This document shows positions 18,759 to 30,100 of a stretch of 64,000 bases of DNA, piece after piece. The stretch's first letter is position 1, and the number at the start of each line of letters is the position of its first letter. The notes under the pieces were generated by a model. That model was not told the DNA's origin, did not search any database, and worked only from the letters and a program-made list of their open reading frames with translations. A program made the position numbers and the translations under genes. Origin of the DNA: Barthelona sp. PCE (lineage: Eukaryota); assembly GCA_040285745.1 (NCBI GenBank), contig JAUFOR010000004.1, forward strand, positions 558,001-622,000. Reading direction: 5' to 3'.

Positions 18759-20159
18759 ATGTTCCCAACAATTGACTTAAATGCTTCTGACCGCTTCTGG
18801 GGTCCTACTGGATCTATTCCAACACTTGACAATGATCCTGATTTGGAATTCACAGTTTCAGTACTTAAGGCCGATAAAACCATCGACATGAAGGAGATCT
18901 ACTCCAAGTACAAGCCCGCCGAAGGTAACAAGGGCTTCCGTACAGTTGGTGAGGTTGATTTCAAGCAACAGCACAATAACCGTCGTCGTTTCACTAACCA
19001 GCGCAACAACAACCGCCGTAACTACCGTGGATACAAGCGCCTCCAGCAGAACCCTGATCTGCTTGAGCCCACCGTCACTATCGAAGAAGGATGGTCTGAG
19101 GAGATCAACTTCAGCATTCCTACCCTCAAGAAGATCAGAAAGGGCTACACTGTCGAGAGCGATACCCTTGCAACGTTTGGATCACTCAACGCATATGACC
19201 GCCGCATTGCCAATTCCAACCCAAGTGTGCCTCAAGATCAATTCTTTGCTACTTCAACAGCATCAGAGGATAGCATCATGCGCCAGCTCGCCAAGGAACA
19301 CGACTGTGACATTGCAATCACTGAAACAGTTTGTTCTCGTCTGGCTACACTCACCCGTGCTTACTTTGGTTTTGATATTGTCTTCCGTTGGATTGATGGA
19401 TGTCTTTTCATCGACAAGCGTAACGACAAGTTCGACCGTGTTTATGTTGACGAGACAGCTGGAGATCTGGCATTTCCTGACAAATCACCCAACCAGCCTT
19501 TTGAACTGACTGAGGAGATGACACGTGTCAAGCACGGTGTCAAGACCGTTGTTGCCCCTGAGAACCCCGTCTATGAGGAGGAGCCTCACCCAGAGCTTGT
19601 CTCACATGGCCAGACACTCTATCGAATTTTCAACGTTAAGGATAAGGAGGGTGACAAAACTTATCGCATCCTCATCCGTTGTTCAATTGATTGTATGAGA
19701 AAGACCACCAGCAAGGAACACACAGTGAAGGTCTGTACCCTTCTTGAGTGGAACAAGGTCCGTACTAATTGGAAGCGTGCGTTTTCGATTGACTCCAAGC
19801 GTGAAGGTGCTAAAGGTATTGCCTTTGGTGAGAACCGTGTCACAGTTGCTCAGTGGTGTATCGAGGCACTTCTTACAGAGCTCACTATGCTTTCTGTTGG
19901 TTTCATTTCTCGTGAGAATTCGAGCAATAACAACAAGCACAAGGTTCTTCTTTTCGAAGATTTCCAGACTGCTGCTTTCTGTAGACGTTTTGCCATTAAC
20001 CATGATCGTCTCTGGACTGACTTCTTTGCTTTAGTTGAGCCGATTATGAGTCTTGAGAGACCTGATGAAAACTCATGTTTCATTTTGATTAAACCCCCGA
20101 CCAAGGGAACAGCTAACCTGTGGATGAACCCCTCTGGTGAATTCGCCACCGAAGAATAA
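18759..20159 (+). CDS. EIF3D: Translation initiation factor 3 subunit D
   Basis: WGP start, N/R-rich segment, TASEDSIMRQL, FIDKR, VDETA, VGFISR, ILIKPPTK; strong C-ending codon bias. Confidence 0.85.
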   Translation: MFPTIDLNASDRFWGPTGSIPTLDNDPDLEFTVSVLKADKTIDMKEIYSKYKPAEGNKGFRTVGEVDFKQQHNNRRRFTNQRNNNRRNYRGYKRLQQNPDLLEPTVTIEEGWSEEINFSIPTLKKIRKGYTVESDTLATFGSLNAYDRRIANSNPSVPQDQFFATSTASEDSIMRQLAKEHDCDIAITETVCSRLATLTRAYFGFDIVFRWIDGCLFIDKRNDKFDRVYVDETAGDLAFPDKSPNQPFELTEEMTRVKHGVKTVVAPENPVYEEEPHPELVSHGQTLYRIFNVKDKEGDKTYRILIRCSIDCMRKTTSKEHTVKVCTLLEWNKVRTNWKRAFSIDSKREGAKGIAFGENRVTVAQWCIEALLTELTMLSVGFISRENSSNNNKHKVLLFEDFQTAAFCRRFAINHDRLWTDFFALVEPIMSLERPDENSCFILIKPPTKGTANLWMNPSGEFATEE

Positions 20160-20232
20160 AAGAACATTTTGTTGTTGAGTTCTGGTTTTTTGTTTTTCCC
20201 TCTTCATCGCTTACTTATTTACATTTTGGGCC

Positions 20233-21846
20233 ATGAATTTCGACGAAAAGCTACAGTTTATCCTCATTGTCAATGAAATAGCACACGAATTCGTAAAGCT
20301 CTACAAGAAATTTAGGACTATCTCGAATGCTTCAACAATCATTTCAGAGATCGCCCACAAGCACAAAGTTGGCACACGGCCCACATTAGCGGATGTTTTA
20401 GTCGCTATTCCAACAAAGTATCAGAATTCTATTGCTAGCCTCCTCAAGCTAAAGCCCACGCGTACTGCGTCGGGTGTGGCGGTAGTAGCTGTCATGTGCA
20501 AACCGCACAGATGTCCACACATTGAGGAAACAGGTCATGCGTGTATTTATTGTCCAGGTGGGCCAGACTCAGACTTTGAGTATTCAAGTCAATCATACAC
20601 AGGCTACGAACCAACATCTATGCGCGCTATCCGTGTGCGGTATAATGCGTTTGAACAGGTGCGGGTTCGTGTCGATCAACTACGACGACTCGGTCATTCA
20701 ACAGATAAGGTTGAATTTGTCATTATGGGCGGTACGTTCATGGCACTGACGAAACGGTACAGGGAGCGGTTCGTATCCCGTATGCTGGACGCGTTATCAG
20801 GCCACACAAGCACATCTATTGAGGAAGCCGTTGAGTTTTCAGAGCACGGGCAAACAAAAGTAGTGGCGCTTACAATTGAGACTCGTCCAGATTACTGTGA
20901 GCCCGAGCACATCGACTGCATGCTGCGGTACGGGTGCACAAGGCTTGAGATAGGCATGCAAACTGTGTTTGATGATGTAATCAAGTATGTTGGTCGTGGA
21001 CACTCTTTACAGGATATCATTGATTGTTTCTATAATTCAAAGGCCGCAGGGTACAAGATCGTCGCGCACATGATGCCTAATTTACCAGAGACGTCATGGA
21101 TCCGCGATTTGATGGGTTTTCATCAATTGTTCGAAAACCCTGACATGAGACCGGACGGCATGAAGATATACGCCACCCTTGTCATCAGGGGAACAAAGCT
21201 GTATGATCTTTGGAAGGAGAAGCGATTCATGTGTTATGAGAAAGAGGACCTACTTGCTCTACTTGCTCTTATATTGTGTGTGTGCGCCCCATGGTGTCGT
21301 ATATACCGCGTTCAGCGCGATATCCCCCTGCCGCTGGTTACAGGAGGTTCTGAGTTGGGATCACAGCGCGAGATGGCAACGGAGTTAGCACTGAATGAAG
21401 GCCGAAGAATCACAGACATTAGGCAGAGAGAGTGTGGCCGAAACACGATAACAGACAGGCCAGAGCTCATCAGAAGAGATTATGTTGGTCAAGGTGAATG
21501 GGAAACGTTCCTTTCTTACGAGGCACCAGAGTCTGATGTGTTGATTGGAATGCTTCGTCTCAGGCGCCTCAAAGAGCCCGTCCCCGGTCGCCCTGAGCTA
21601 CAGGGTGGTGTCAGTATGATCCGAGAACTGCATGTGTATGGTCACGCCGTTTCGGTCAGAGACAGGTCGGTTACAGCACACCAGCACCATGGTTACGGTC
21701 GTCTTCTCATCAAGGAGAGCGAGCGTATCGCCCGTGAAGAACACATGAGTGAGAAGCTGGTTGTGATAGCTGGTATTGGAACTAAAAAGTATTACGCAAA
21801 GTTCGGGTTTGTTCATGATGGGCCCTACATGTCCAAAATGCTGTGA
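20233..21846 (+). CDS. ELP3: Elongator catalytic subunit (radical SAM + GNAT)
   Basis: KPTRTASGVAVVAVMCKPHRCPH, CIYCPGG, QSYTGYEP, ETRPDYC, RELHVYG, QHHGYG. Confidence 0.98.
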   Translation: MNFDEKLQFILIVNEIAHEFVKLYKKFRTISNASTIISEIAHKHKVGTRPTLADVLVAIPTKYQNSIASLLKLKPTRTASGVAVVAVMCKPHRCPHIEETGHACIYCPGGPDSDFEYSSQSYTGYEPTSMRAIRVRYNAFEQVRVRVDQLRRLGHSTDKVEFVIMGGTFMALTKRYRERFVSRMLDALSGHTSTSIEEAVEFSEHGQTKVVALTIETRPDYCEPEHIDCMLRYGCTRLEIGMQTVFDDVIKYVGRGHSLQDIIDCFYNSKAAGYKIVAHMMPNLPETSWIRDLMGFHQLFENPDMRPDGMKIYATLVIRGTKLYDLWKEKRFMCYEKEDLLALLALILCVCAPWCRIYRVQRDIPLPLVTGGSELGSQREMATELALNEGRRITDIRQRECGRNTITDRPELIRRDYVGQGEWETFLSYEAPESDVLIGMLRLRRLKEPVPGRPELQGGVSMIRELHVYGHAVSVRDRSVTAHQHHGYGRLLIKESERIAREEHMSEKLVVIAGIGTKKYYAKFGFVHDGPYMSKML

Positions 21847-21861
21847 TATATTTACTGAATG

Positions 21862-22419
21862 CTATACGTACGACAGTGTAGGTCTTTTACGAGAAGGTGG
21901 AGGTCTATTTATAGGCCTTTTTTCCACAGCTTCTATGTTACTAAAATACTCTTCTATTCTCTTTGCATTGGTAAGCTGTCTTTTGTTAAGTAAATCCTTG
22001 ATCCAAATGCCAAGGAACACACATAATAACACCACATAGAGTAATTGTGAACCTATGGTAACGTCTAACAAGAAGTGATCAACGTGCCATTCCTTCTCAA
22101 GTGCATACTGGAACAGTATGAAGCCGGGGAGGTCCAGTACGAACAGAACAACGGTCACAACAGGGAAAAGAATACGCATTCGATCACGATGGGCTACTCT
22201 TCCAAAGAAGAAAACAAAATCTACTATGATGATGACTATAGCGCTCACAAGATTCCATATGGCCAAACTGGTGGAATCCATAATGTCATATGCTACAATG
22301 AAAGCGAAAATTTGGATTAATGGCACAAGGACAAATGCTAGCATGATTGTGACAATGAAGAGGAAATAAAAGGCCCAATATAGGCTACTCCGAACCTGGT
22401 GATCCGTGGCCGGAGGCAT
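21862..22419 (-). CDS. Hypothetical multi-pass (about 4 TM) membrane protein
   Basis: 185-aa ORF with about four hydrophobic helices. Confidence 0.7.
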   Translation of the reverse strand: MPPATDHQVRSSLYWAFYFLFIVTIMLAFVLVPLIQIFAFIVAYDIMDSTSLAIWNLVSAIVIIIVDFVFFFGRVAHRDRMRILFPVVTVVLFVLDLPGFILFQYALEKEWHVDHFLLDVTIGSQLLYVVLLCVFLGIWIKDLLNKRQLTNAKRIEEYFSNIEAVEKRPINRPPPSRKRPTLSYV

Positions 22420-22601
22420 TATGTTATGTAAGAAGTGTAGAAGGTAAATGCAAGAGAATTCGTGGTTTTTAACTGGCTACAGACTTTAAAACCGTAACTG
22501 GTGATGATTTATGAGGTATATGTATTTACAAAATTCATATTTTACGTTCCACTTTTTTAAACCTTTTTCTTTTTTGATTTGGTGGTTTTTCACAGACAAA
22601 A

Positions 22602-22991
22602 ATGAGCACAGAAGTACAAAAGGCGCCAGCACAACCGGGAGTAGCTGCCCCAGAGCCAAAAGAAATTGATTATGTATCTCAAGGTCGTATTATCAGCGAT
22701 AACATCAAGCGCGAGAGTTACTATCAAGATAGATTCAACAACAAATGGATGAAATCGGGCCTCATTGAGCTGACCCGTGAAAACAGAAAAGATTTGGAAG
22801 GTGATGGATCAGTACTCGTTAAGGATGAACCTACCCCGGACTTTTTCCCAGACAGCACGGCCAAGATCGAGACAGATCTACCCACAGAATGGCGCAGACA
22901 GATGAAGGAACGCCTTCCCAAGGAGAAGTATCCTTTCCCTATGACTTCAAGTCAGGTATACGGTTGGTATTCAGAGATGAAGCTTGAGTAA
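22602..22991 (+). CDS. Small ciliary microtubule-inner-protein-like (FAM183/C20orf85-type)
   Basis: C-terminal PKEKYPFPMTSSQVYGW motif and N-terminal DYVSQ..I...IKRE. Confidence 0.6.
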   Translation: MSTEVQKAPAQPGVAAPEPKEIDYVSQGRIISDNIKRESYYQDRFNNKWMKSGLIELTRENRKDLEGDGSVLVKDEPTPDFFPDSTAKIETDLPTEWRRQMKERLPKEKYPFPMTSSQVYGWYSEMKLE

Positions 22992-23084
22992 CAGGCGTGC
23001 AGCATTTAGAGCTGCTTTTGTAAACTTTAGGCAGGTGTTTTTTGTTACACTTTTTCTCATCCATTTCATTTGATTGATTTAAAT

Positions 23085-24116
23085 ATGGACCACCTACACT
23101 GTAAAATCAACGACCAAACACTCGTTGTTGAGAAATTGGAGCGATTCGTTGATGATAAAAAGTGTGTAGTTAAGTTAGTTGGCGCAAGATTACCTGAGGC
23201 TATTAGAACCATCCGGTTGTCGAAAGTACCGCGAGTTATTCTCTTTATCCGATATTTGAGTGACTTTAACCTTACAAAATGCAGAGAATTGTTAACTGCT
23301 CACCCAGAAATTGCCAACCAGACAACTGCATACCGCGAGTGGCGCCCTGTACACTACTGCGCGGACTTTGGGACAAAGCAGCAGTTGAAATTACTAATGG
23401 ACTTCAACATTGATTTGAATGTTATCGATAAGAACCATCAACATCCTCTTCACATTGCAGCATCCTCAAACAATCTAGGTATGGTCGTTTCGCTCCTTAA
23501 GAACAATGATCAAATTCAATATGTTGGAGACATACACGGAGAAACACCTCTATTTCTTGCAATTCAACGCCATGCATCGATTATGAACAAGAGAAACAAC
23601 GAGGTAAACGCAAACCTCGCTCTTCTTACCGTCAGGACGCTTCTACAGTGCGGGTCTAATCCAATGCTGTACACTGCTTCTGATCAAATGACGTGTTACC
23701 ATTTGGCAAGCCAGTATGGTGACTACGAAGTTCTGCAGCTGCTTCTGAGCGCCGGAAAGAGTTATCTATCAGACATCAACCACGTTGACAAGGAGGGTGA
23801 TAATTGTTTACATTTCGTATGCTACGAAGCAAAATGCGCTCGTTGTGTGCAGTTGCTCATTGAACACGGCGCCGATCCTTCGCAAAGAAACAACCTTGAG
23901 AGGCTTCCAGGCCAGGAACTTGGTTCTAATGAAAAGGATCTCGCCATAAAAGCATTGTTGAATAACACCCAAATGTTTAGTGGGAGTCAACGAAAGTCAA
24001 AGAGAGCGTTGCATGCCCAAACAAGGAGTCCTTTCCTGAGCCCAGGCAACCCTTACAGCCCTTACAGCCCTCTATCTCCTTTGAACTCACCAAAATCTCC
24101 ATACAGCCCCCTCTAA
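23085..24116 (+). CDS. Ankyrin-repeat protein with SP-rich tail
   Basis: PLHIAAS, GETPLFLA, TCYHLAS, GDNCLHFV, LLIEHGAD. Confidence 0.9.
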   Translation: MDHLHCKINDQTLVVEKLERFVDDKKCVVKLVGARLPEAIRTIRLSKVPRVILFIRYLSDFNLTKCRELLTAHPEIANQTTAYREWRPVHYCADFGTKQQLKLLMDFNIDLNVIDKNHQHPLHIAASSNNLGMVVSLLKNNDQIQYVGDIHGETPLFLAIQRHASIMNKRNNEVNANLALLTVRTLLQCGSNPMLYTASDQMTCYHLASQYGDYEVLQLLLSAGKSYLSDINHVDKEGDNCLHFVCYEAKCARCVQLLIEHGADPSQRNNLERLPGQELGSNEKDLAIKALLNNTQMFSGSQRKSKRALHAQTRSPFLSPGNPYSPYSPLSPLNSPKSPYSPL

Positions 24117-25075
24117 TCAATCTTTTGTTTTTGCTTCTTTTTACGTGATCGATGGTAGAGCATGATGACGCTGAGGAGTCTTGCTACAAAGGCAGGCAGT
24201 ATGACCTGGAAGCAGTGAATAGCTTCGTGGTTTGTTCTTGCATTAAAGAAATATCGTGATAGCATTTGGGTAGTTGAGCTCATTAGAATGATTATAAGCA
24301 TTGTTGGATCTGTTCTTTCGATGATTGTGAACCCTGCTTCTACAATAAGATCAGCAGCATTTGTTTTTAAAGAGAAAAATAGGATGGTTGTCCATAAAGC
24401 ACTCATTTTTAATTTTAGACGAGGTTTAGTTATTAAATATACAATAAACGGCATAATAAAGCCAACTGTTCTGTAAAAAGTTCTAGAATTATGATTTCCA
24501 CTTGAAAAAAGCATCCATCCGAGTGAATAATCCATTTTCACCTCAGAATCTACAAAATTGAGACCATGGCGCACGAGATCAAACCACAATCGCACGAATC
24601 CAGCTAAAAAACAAAGAATTCCCTCAAATGAATCACCGATTGCATTTGTTGCCAGTATAGCTGTTCTAGAATCCAAAAAAGGTAAAACAATGAAGCACAT
24701 TGAACGAAAGCACTCAAACACAGTTCCCAGTAGTAATAAAAAGGGTACAGCAAGAGAACAGTTGATATCATGATATGCTTCATGCAGAAACGGAAACATT
24801 CCACATCCCAGAGAGAAAAGCACGGCTTCCGACATAGATTTGCTGTGGAAAGCAATAGTAAAGGCCAGAAGATGAGGAAATACGACTTGTAATAATTTTA
24901 AGCCCCATACTTGAAGAATTGTCGGGTTTTTAATGTTTGTGAACATGAACATCTCATAAGGATTCAACACCAGAACCGTTTCTATAACCAAAAATGCAAG
25001 GAGGTAGCTCAACGCGAAATTTGCCTTCTTGTGCTTTTCTCTCAATGTTGAGCATGTCAGATCACAGTCGTTCAT
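24113..25075 (-). CDS. Hypothetical polytopic membrane protein
   Basis: Many hydrophobic segments and a basic C-tail; start uncertain. Confidence 0.7.
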   Translation of the reverse strand: MNDCDLTCSTLREKHKKANFALSYLLAFLVIETVLVLNPYEMFMFTNIKNPTILQVWGLKLLQVVFPHLLAFTIAFHSKSMSEAVLFSLGCGMFPFLHEAYHDINCSLAVPFLLLLGTVFECFRSMCFIVLPFLDSRTAILATNAIGDSFEGILCFLAGFVRLWFDLVRHGLNFVDSEVKMDYSLGWMLFSSGNHNSRTFYRTVGFIMPFIVYLITKPRLKLKMSALWTTILFFSLKTNAADLIVEAGFTIIERTDPTMLIIILMSSTTQMLSRYFFNARTNHEAIHCFQVILPAFVARLLSVIMLYHRSRKKKQKQKID

Positions 25076-25130
25076 TTGCAATTCTGACTTTTCAACCAAA
25101 AAAACTAATTGAAAGAGATCGAAGATGTAT

Positions 25131-26558
25131 TTACAAACGTGCACCCAAATCTTTTGATAAGACTCTATCAAGATCCTTTAGTTCTGAATCCTGAGACTTT
25201 CCAGGGCACATTAACTTCAATGCCAGAGTTAAAATTCCAAATCCTAAGAAAGCAATGATAAAATAACTCCATGTGTGCTTAAGGTACTTGATATTCTCTA
25301 TTTGAACACTAACAAGCGTCTTAACAAGCGCCACCCTCGAGTAATCACCGAAAGACTTGACACAGAACTGTACAATTGGGAAGACAGTAATGAGTAACAA
25401 CCATACATTGAAAAGGATTGAGTTCAACGTTGTGTCGTTCTTCCTCATCTTGTGCACTGTGAAGAACAGCACCTTGAGGCCTACGCTGGCGACACCATGT
25501 AAAACAGCCCAGAGCAGGTAGAGAGCGCAGAGAGCGTACGCAGCAATACCCAAGAGAGGGAAGAAACCATCAAGAGCAATGAAGAAGGAGTTAAGGAAGG
25601 GGTGGACGGCGGGCTTAAAGAAGAGATAGAGTAGCACATGAACGTACCAGAAGCCACTGATAACAAAGAATAGAATACCCAAGAAGCCTTTGAACCAGAA
25701 CCAGATGGGTGAACCACCGTGCTTATAGAACGCAAGCTTTGTGATATCGTTCTGTGCTTGTAATTGTTCAAAGGCATTCTTCCACCTGTTGAACATTTTT
25801 TTCTGTTGGCGTGTTGGTTTGTCGTTGAGCTCAAGTTGGGAGCGCAACTCAACGCCGATCTCGCGCAGACGCTGACCACGGGATGAGAGGGTGCGCCTAT
25901 GCTGAATGAACTTAGTAGTTACGCCAGATTTAGGTCTCTTTCTATAGTCATTGATGAGTGAGAATGGAAGTGTGAACAGACCAATACCGCCAAAGATCGT
26001 CAGGAAGATGTTTCCAAGGAAGGAAATCATGCCTGCAAGGAATACTGGATAGGAAAGATCAATTTCCAAGTCGACGGTGTTTAGTGTCTGTGAAGAGTAA
26101 TCGCCAGTCAGTTCCTTCGGTGCGCATGTCATGTACTCAACGGGGAGTTCAATCTTACCAAGGAAAATGTAACCAATGAAAAAGAAAAGACAGAAAATGA
26201 TGAGGAACATGATAGCTGAGCATAAACCTGACATGATGGATGCTTTACCCTCTGCGTTCATCGACTCGTAGTAGTACTGAGCGAATGGAATGATGAGTAC
26301 AATGAATGCAATGAGTGCGTAGAGAAGCATGTTCCACATCTCCACGATTGGATAGGTGTCATCTCCCACGTTAGCAATGTCGAACGGTAGCATGAGCACC
26401 AGTGACTCAGCTATGAGAAGACCAAGGATGATAACAAGACGTGGGAACCAACCAACCCATTTATCCTCTGGGTGTCTGTAGAATTGGATGAATATGATAT
26501 TTATGAAGAAGCATACTCCCAGGATGCTTGCAGCAACTATTCCAAGGAACCAGTTCAT
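25131..26558 (-). CDS. LMBR1-like membrane protein
   Basis: HPEDK..WFPR, LMLPFDIAN, IPFAQYYYE, FGGIGLFTLP, RP, K.DTTLNSILFN. Confidence 0.9.
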   Translation of the reverse strand: MNWFLGIVAASILGVCFFINIIFIQFYRHPEDKWVGWFPRLVIILGLLIAESLVLMLPFDIANVGDDTYPIVEMWNMLLYALIAFIVLIIPFAQYYYESMNAEGKASIMSGLCSAIMFLIIFCLFFFIGYIFLGKIELPVEYMTCAPKELTGDYSSQTLNTVDLEIDLSYPVFLAGMISFLGNIFLTIFGGIGLFTLPFSLINDYRKRPKSGVTTKFIQHRRTLSSRGQRLREIGVELRSQLELNDKPTRQQKKMFNRWKNAFEQLQAQNDITKLAFYKHGGSPIWFWFKGFLGILFFVISGFWYVHVLLYLFFKPAVHPFLNSFFIALDGFFPLLGIAAYALCALYLLWAVLHGVASVGLKVLFFTVHKMRKNDTTLNSILFNVWLLLITVFPIVQFCVKSFGDYSRVALVKTLVSVQIENIKYLKHTWSYFIIAFLGFGILTLALKLMCPGKSQDSELKDLDRVLSKDLGARL

Positions 26559-26740
26559 TTAAAAGAAAGAGAAATCGTAAAACGAATACAGGCAACGAGT
26601 TATAGAAGATTCCTGTTATGTTAAGATGTCTGCGCATGTCCATAGCCATGATGATACATATGATTGTATCATATTGTGTATTCATTTTGTTTACCAATTC
26701 CATTCTGTTTTATTGTTTTTGGGGCATATTGTTGTTGAAA

Positions 26741-27073
26741 ATGCCACGTACCATACCAAGGGTCACGGAAAACTTCACAATCACACCTCAAAACGATTTA
26801 TTTATCATTTCAGCCACAGATCAGTTATTAAACAGCAGATCATTGAGGATAATAGAAAAATACAAGGACCAAGCTACACGCGGGCCAGAAGTTGACGGGG
26901 TTTTTAATATTGTTGCACAAAATGTATATTCCAAGTATAGTATCTTAAAGCCCACGTTAATGGATCCTAGTGTTTTCTTCAGGACAGCATACAAGGGCAT
27001 GCAAAGTACCATAGTTGAGCTTTTTGAATCGTTTCATAGCTTTAAGATCCATCGAGCGGGTAATAACTCGTAA
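26741..27073 (+). CDS. Hypothetical protein (~110 aa)
   Basis: ORF fills the gap between two minus-strand genes; no motif recognised. Confidence 0.5.
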   Translation: MPRTIPRVTENFTITPQNDLFIISATDQLLNSRSLRIIEKYKDQATRGPEVDGVFNIVAQNVYSKYSILKPTLMDPSVFFRTAYKGMQSTIVELFESFHSFKIHRAGNNS

Positions 27074-27125
27074 TTAGATGATGTGTGAAGAAAATAAAAA
27101 AATATTATATTTACAAGATTTAATG

Positions 27126-30100
27126 TTACGGTCTGCTCACGAAAAGAAGAATAGAAGTGCACAAGAGAACTGTAGTGAGCAGGATGTAATGCTGTCCGAC
27201 CGCTAACGCAATGAAATACACTGAAAAATTAAATACAAATGTAAAAACAAGGGTTTTTGGCTTTTTGATATAAGTGGCACACAAAAAGAGAACGGGGAGC
27301 AGCAAGAAAAGGTAAGAGGGTGCCTGTGCAGACATACTGAGCTCAGCAGAGGCGAGGGATGGAGTGGTTGCGCAGAAGAAAACATTCAGCTGAACAAGAA
27401 AAGCATAGCACAACTGTTGACCAAAAGATTGCGATTTTCCGCGCTTTTGAGCGAACCAAAGGATCAGAGCAGCGAGGTGCAGCGTGACACACACCCATAA
27501 CAGGGGACCTGAAACGCGGAGAGTCAGGAGATTAAGAACGTCAAAGCGAGCACCGAGGAAAGGGAGCACATAGCACACAAGCATGATGAGGCCCGCGCCC
27601 TCAGCACGCTTCAAAGCTGCGGCAATCGTGGAAATTGCAGCAATTGAGATCAACGAAATGAAGAAATTGGAAAAATTGGTTTTTGCACACATAAACGCAT
27701 AGCCAACGTAGCCGTCGTCGCACATAGAGCAAAGATACCCGGTGGAGTTGCGGCACCTATCTCCATTGCAGTTGACAGTGGGACAAATAACAGCTTTCAT
27801 AAACGAACCCTCAAGGTAGTGGTCTGGACTTGCGTACTGTATCACACCGCTGGAACACCGCACTGTTTCATCGCACGGAACGCATAAACCTTCTTCGATA
27901 CGTGTTCCTTCAGAGCAGAAGCAGGCGTTAATATCAGAACTGCCTTCCACTGAAGTTTTGGAGAGCGGACATTCAGCACACGGTTCATTTCCGATCTCAT
28001 TCTTATACGTTCCTGGGCCACACACGACGCATTCGTCTGATATCAGCGAAAGTGTGTGCCCAACATTGCACTTGCAACTTCCCTCAGTATACGATGATTT
28101 TTGAGAGCATGTTACGTTACCGATAGTGAAAACGTTAGATATGAGACTCGTGTTCGACACGAATCGCACCTCTATGAAGTCATTTGGCTCCACCAAAAAA
28201 GAGGCGGGAACGTGTAGGCACCGTTTTCGCTGTATGTGAATGTTGTGTTGTAAAGTGAGATGCCACCAACAAGAGCAGTGAGTTCAATGGTATCGCGAAC
28301 AGCCGCACCACTGTAGTCTGTGAAATTAAGTTCTAGAATTAGATCAAACCCAACAGCAGCCTGAACGACTCTTGTATTGAATGAGTAAACGGTTGGTTCG
28401 AAGCTGATGGTATGCGTGGCATTATATGGGCCCAGCGCTACCGTGACACCGACATCCTGCGTGGGGTCAGCGACAGTTAAGGTTTTAGTGGTGTCGTTAT
28501 AAACACACCCACTATGTGCATTACATGACACTTGTGCTGGTCCTGTTATTCCGCCATACGCATCAGCACAGTCGATATCAACTATTGTTGTTGCGTTTGG
28601 AAGGAAAAATTCGTCTTTTTGAGGTTTAAAACTGCAGGAAACAGTTTGACCAACGAGAACTTCGAGATATCCAGTTTCGGACACGCCATCAGCAGAAAAG
28701 ATAAGCTGATGTGTCCCGTGCGCTTTGGGTATCGGTATCCACACTAGATCAGAGACCACGTTGCGACGGATACCATCAACAAATACAAACGGAACTGTGA
28801 TGACATGGCGACGGATGTTGAGGAACACGCACCTCAAAAGAGCTGATTCCCTGTCGATAGATACTCCACCGGAAATAAGCGGTACGATCTCTGTCGGCTG
28901 ACTGTAAAGATGACCGTGAAGCTCAAGCTCAACTAATGAGTTGCACTCGTTGTTGAACTCAACGGTGACCGATTCGGCAGCGTAACGATGATTCAGAAAG
29001 ACAACACAAACTGTTTGGTAGCGCAATCCTGACACATAGTCCTCGCACACAACTTCATCTCCGCTGTAAACAAACGTATACTCGTCGTCAAAAGTGAGGG
29101 ACACAGACGGTGTGCACACGTCGTTCATGAAAAAGAGAGTGTTTTCAACATACACAGGCTCAGCAACACTAACAGTGTGTGGTGTGGTCGCATACAGCCC
29201 GTCGCAGCGCTTTCTGCTGTTTATACGCGGATCGTCTGCTGTGAATGGCAGGTACCTAATGTAAGGCATTGAGAGGATATCGCTGAACACCTCAACACTT
29301 GTTGGCAGAGAGCTGTTGTAGCATAGCTCGGACTGGGGCATTGTTATCGTGAGGAGCACGGGATGTGTGTAATACTGACCGGCTGTTGTCGATAGCTGAA
29401 TCATATACACCCCAGCGGTGACAAAGTTGCACTGTGCTTCCATTTCAAAGGTGACGCGGCACTCGACTGTTGCGTCGCTTGTGATGACACTAAGTCCATC
29501 GAATACATCTAGGTCTGTTCCCTCGAGGGTGAAGCCCTTTTGTGTAAGGAACATTCTCTGTGGCGATACAGACAATAATATAGGTTTCACAACGACACAC
29601 ACCTCAATTTCGATGCTAGAGGCGAATGAAGATACAGTGAGTGTTGTGTTTTGCTTCAAGCGAGAGGTGATCTGGACCGACTGAGAGTCCAGCTTTGCTA
29701 CTGTAGCATTCGGCATTGAGAAGCTTATAATGTCCATTGGTAGTGGCTCAGCGAACCGCACAACTGAAGTGTGAACCGCATCGTATGGCACTCTTTGGAC
29801 AGAAATGGGTTTCGCATCAACTCGGGTGAATTCCAGTGTTTTACCAATAGGTTCTGCAGATACTGTGCTTCCAGAGCCACTAACGACAATGCAGCTGTTG
29901 TTTTGTGATGTGAAAGGACAGACATCACCAAGATCGTTGGTGAAAACGAGGGCATCAAACGGTAGGTTTTCGCCACAGAGTAAAACTTTAAAAGTATCGT
30001 CTAGAACTATGTACTCCTGTTGATAATCAAGAGAAAATCCAGAAACAGTGCCTGCAGCCTGTGTTATATCATCGCAGACTAAATCAGCAAGTATATCTTC

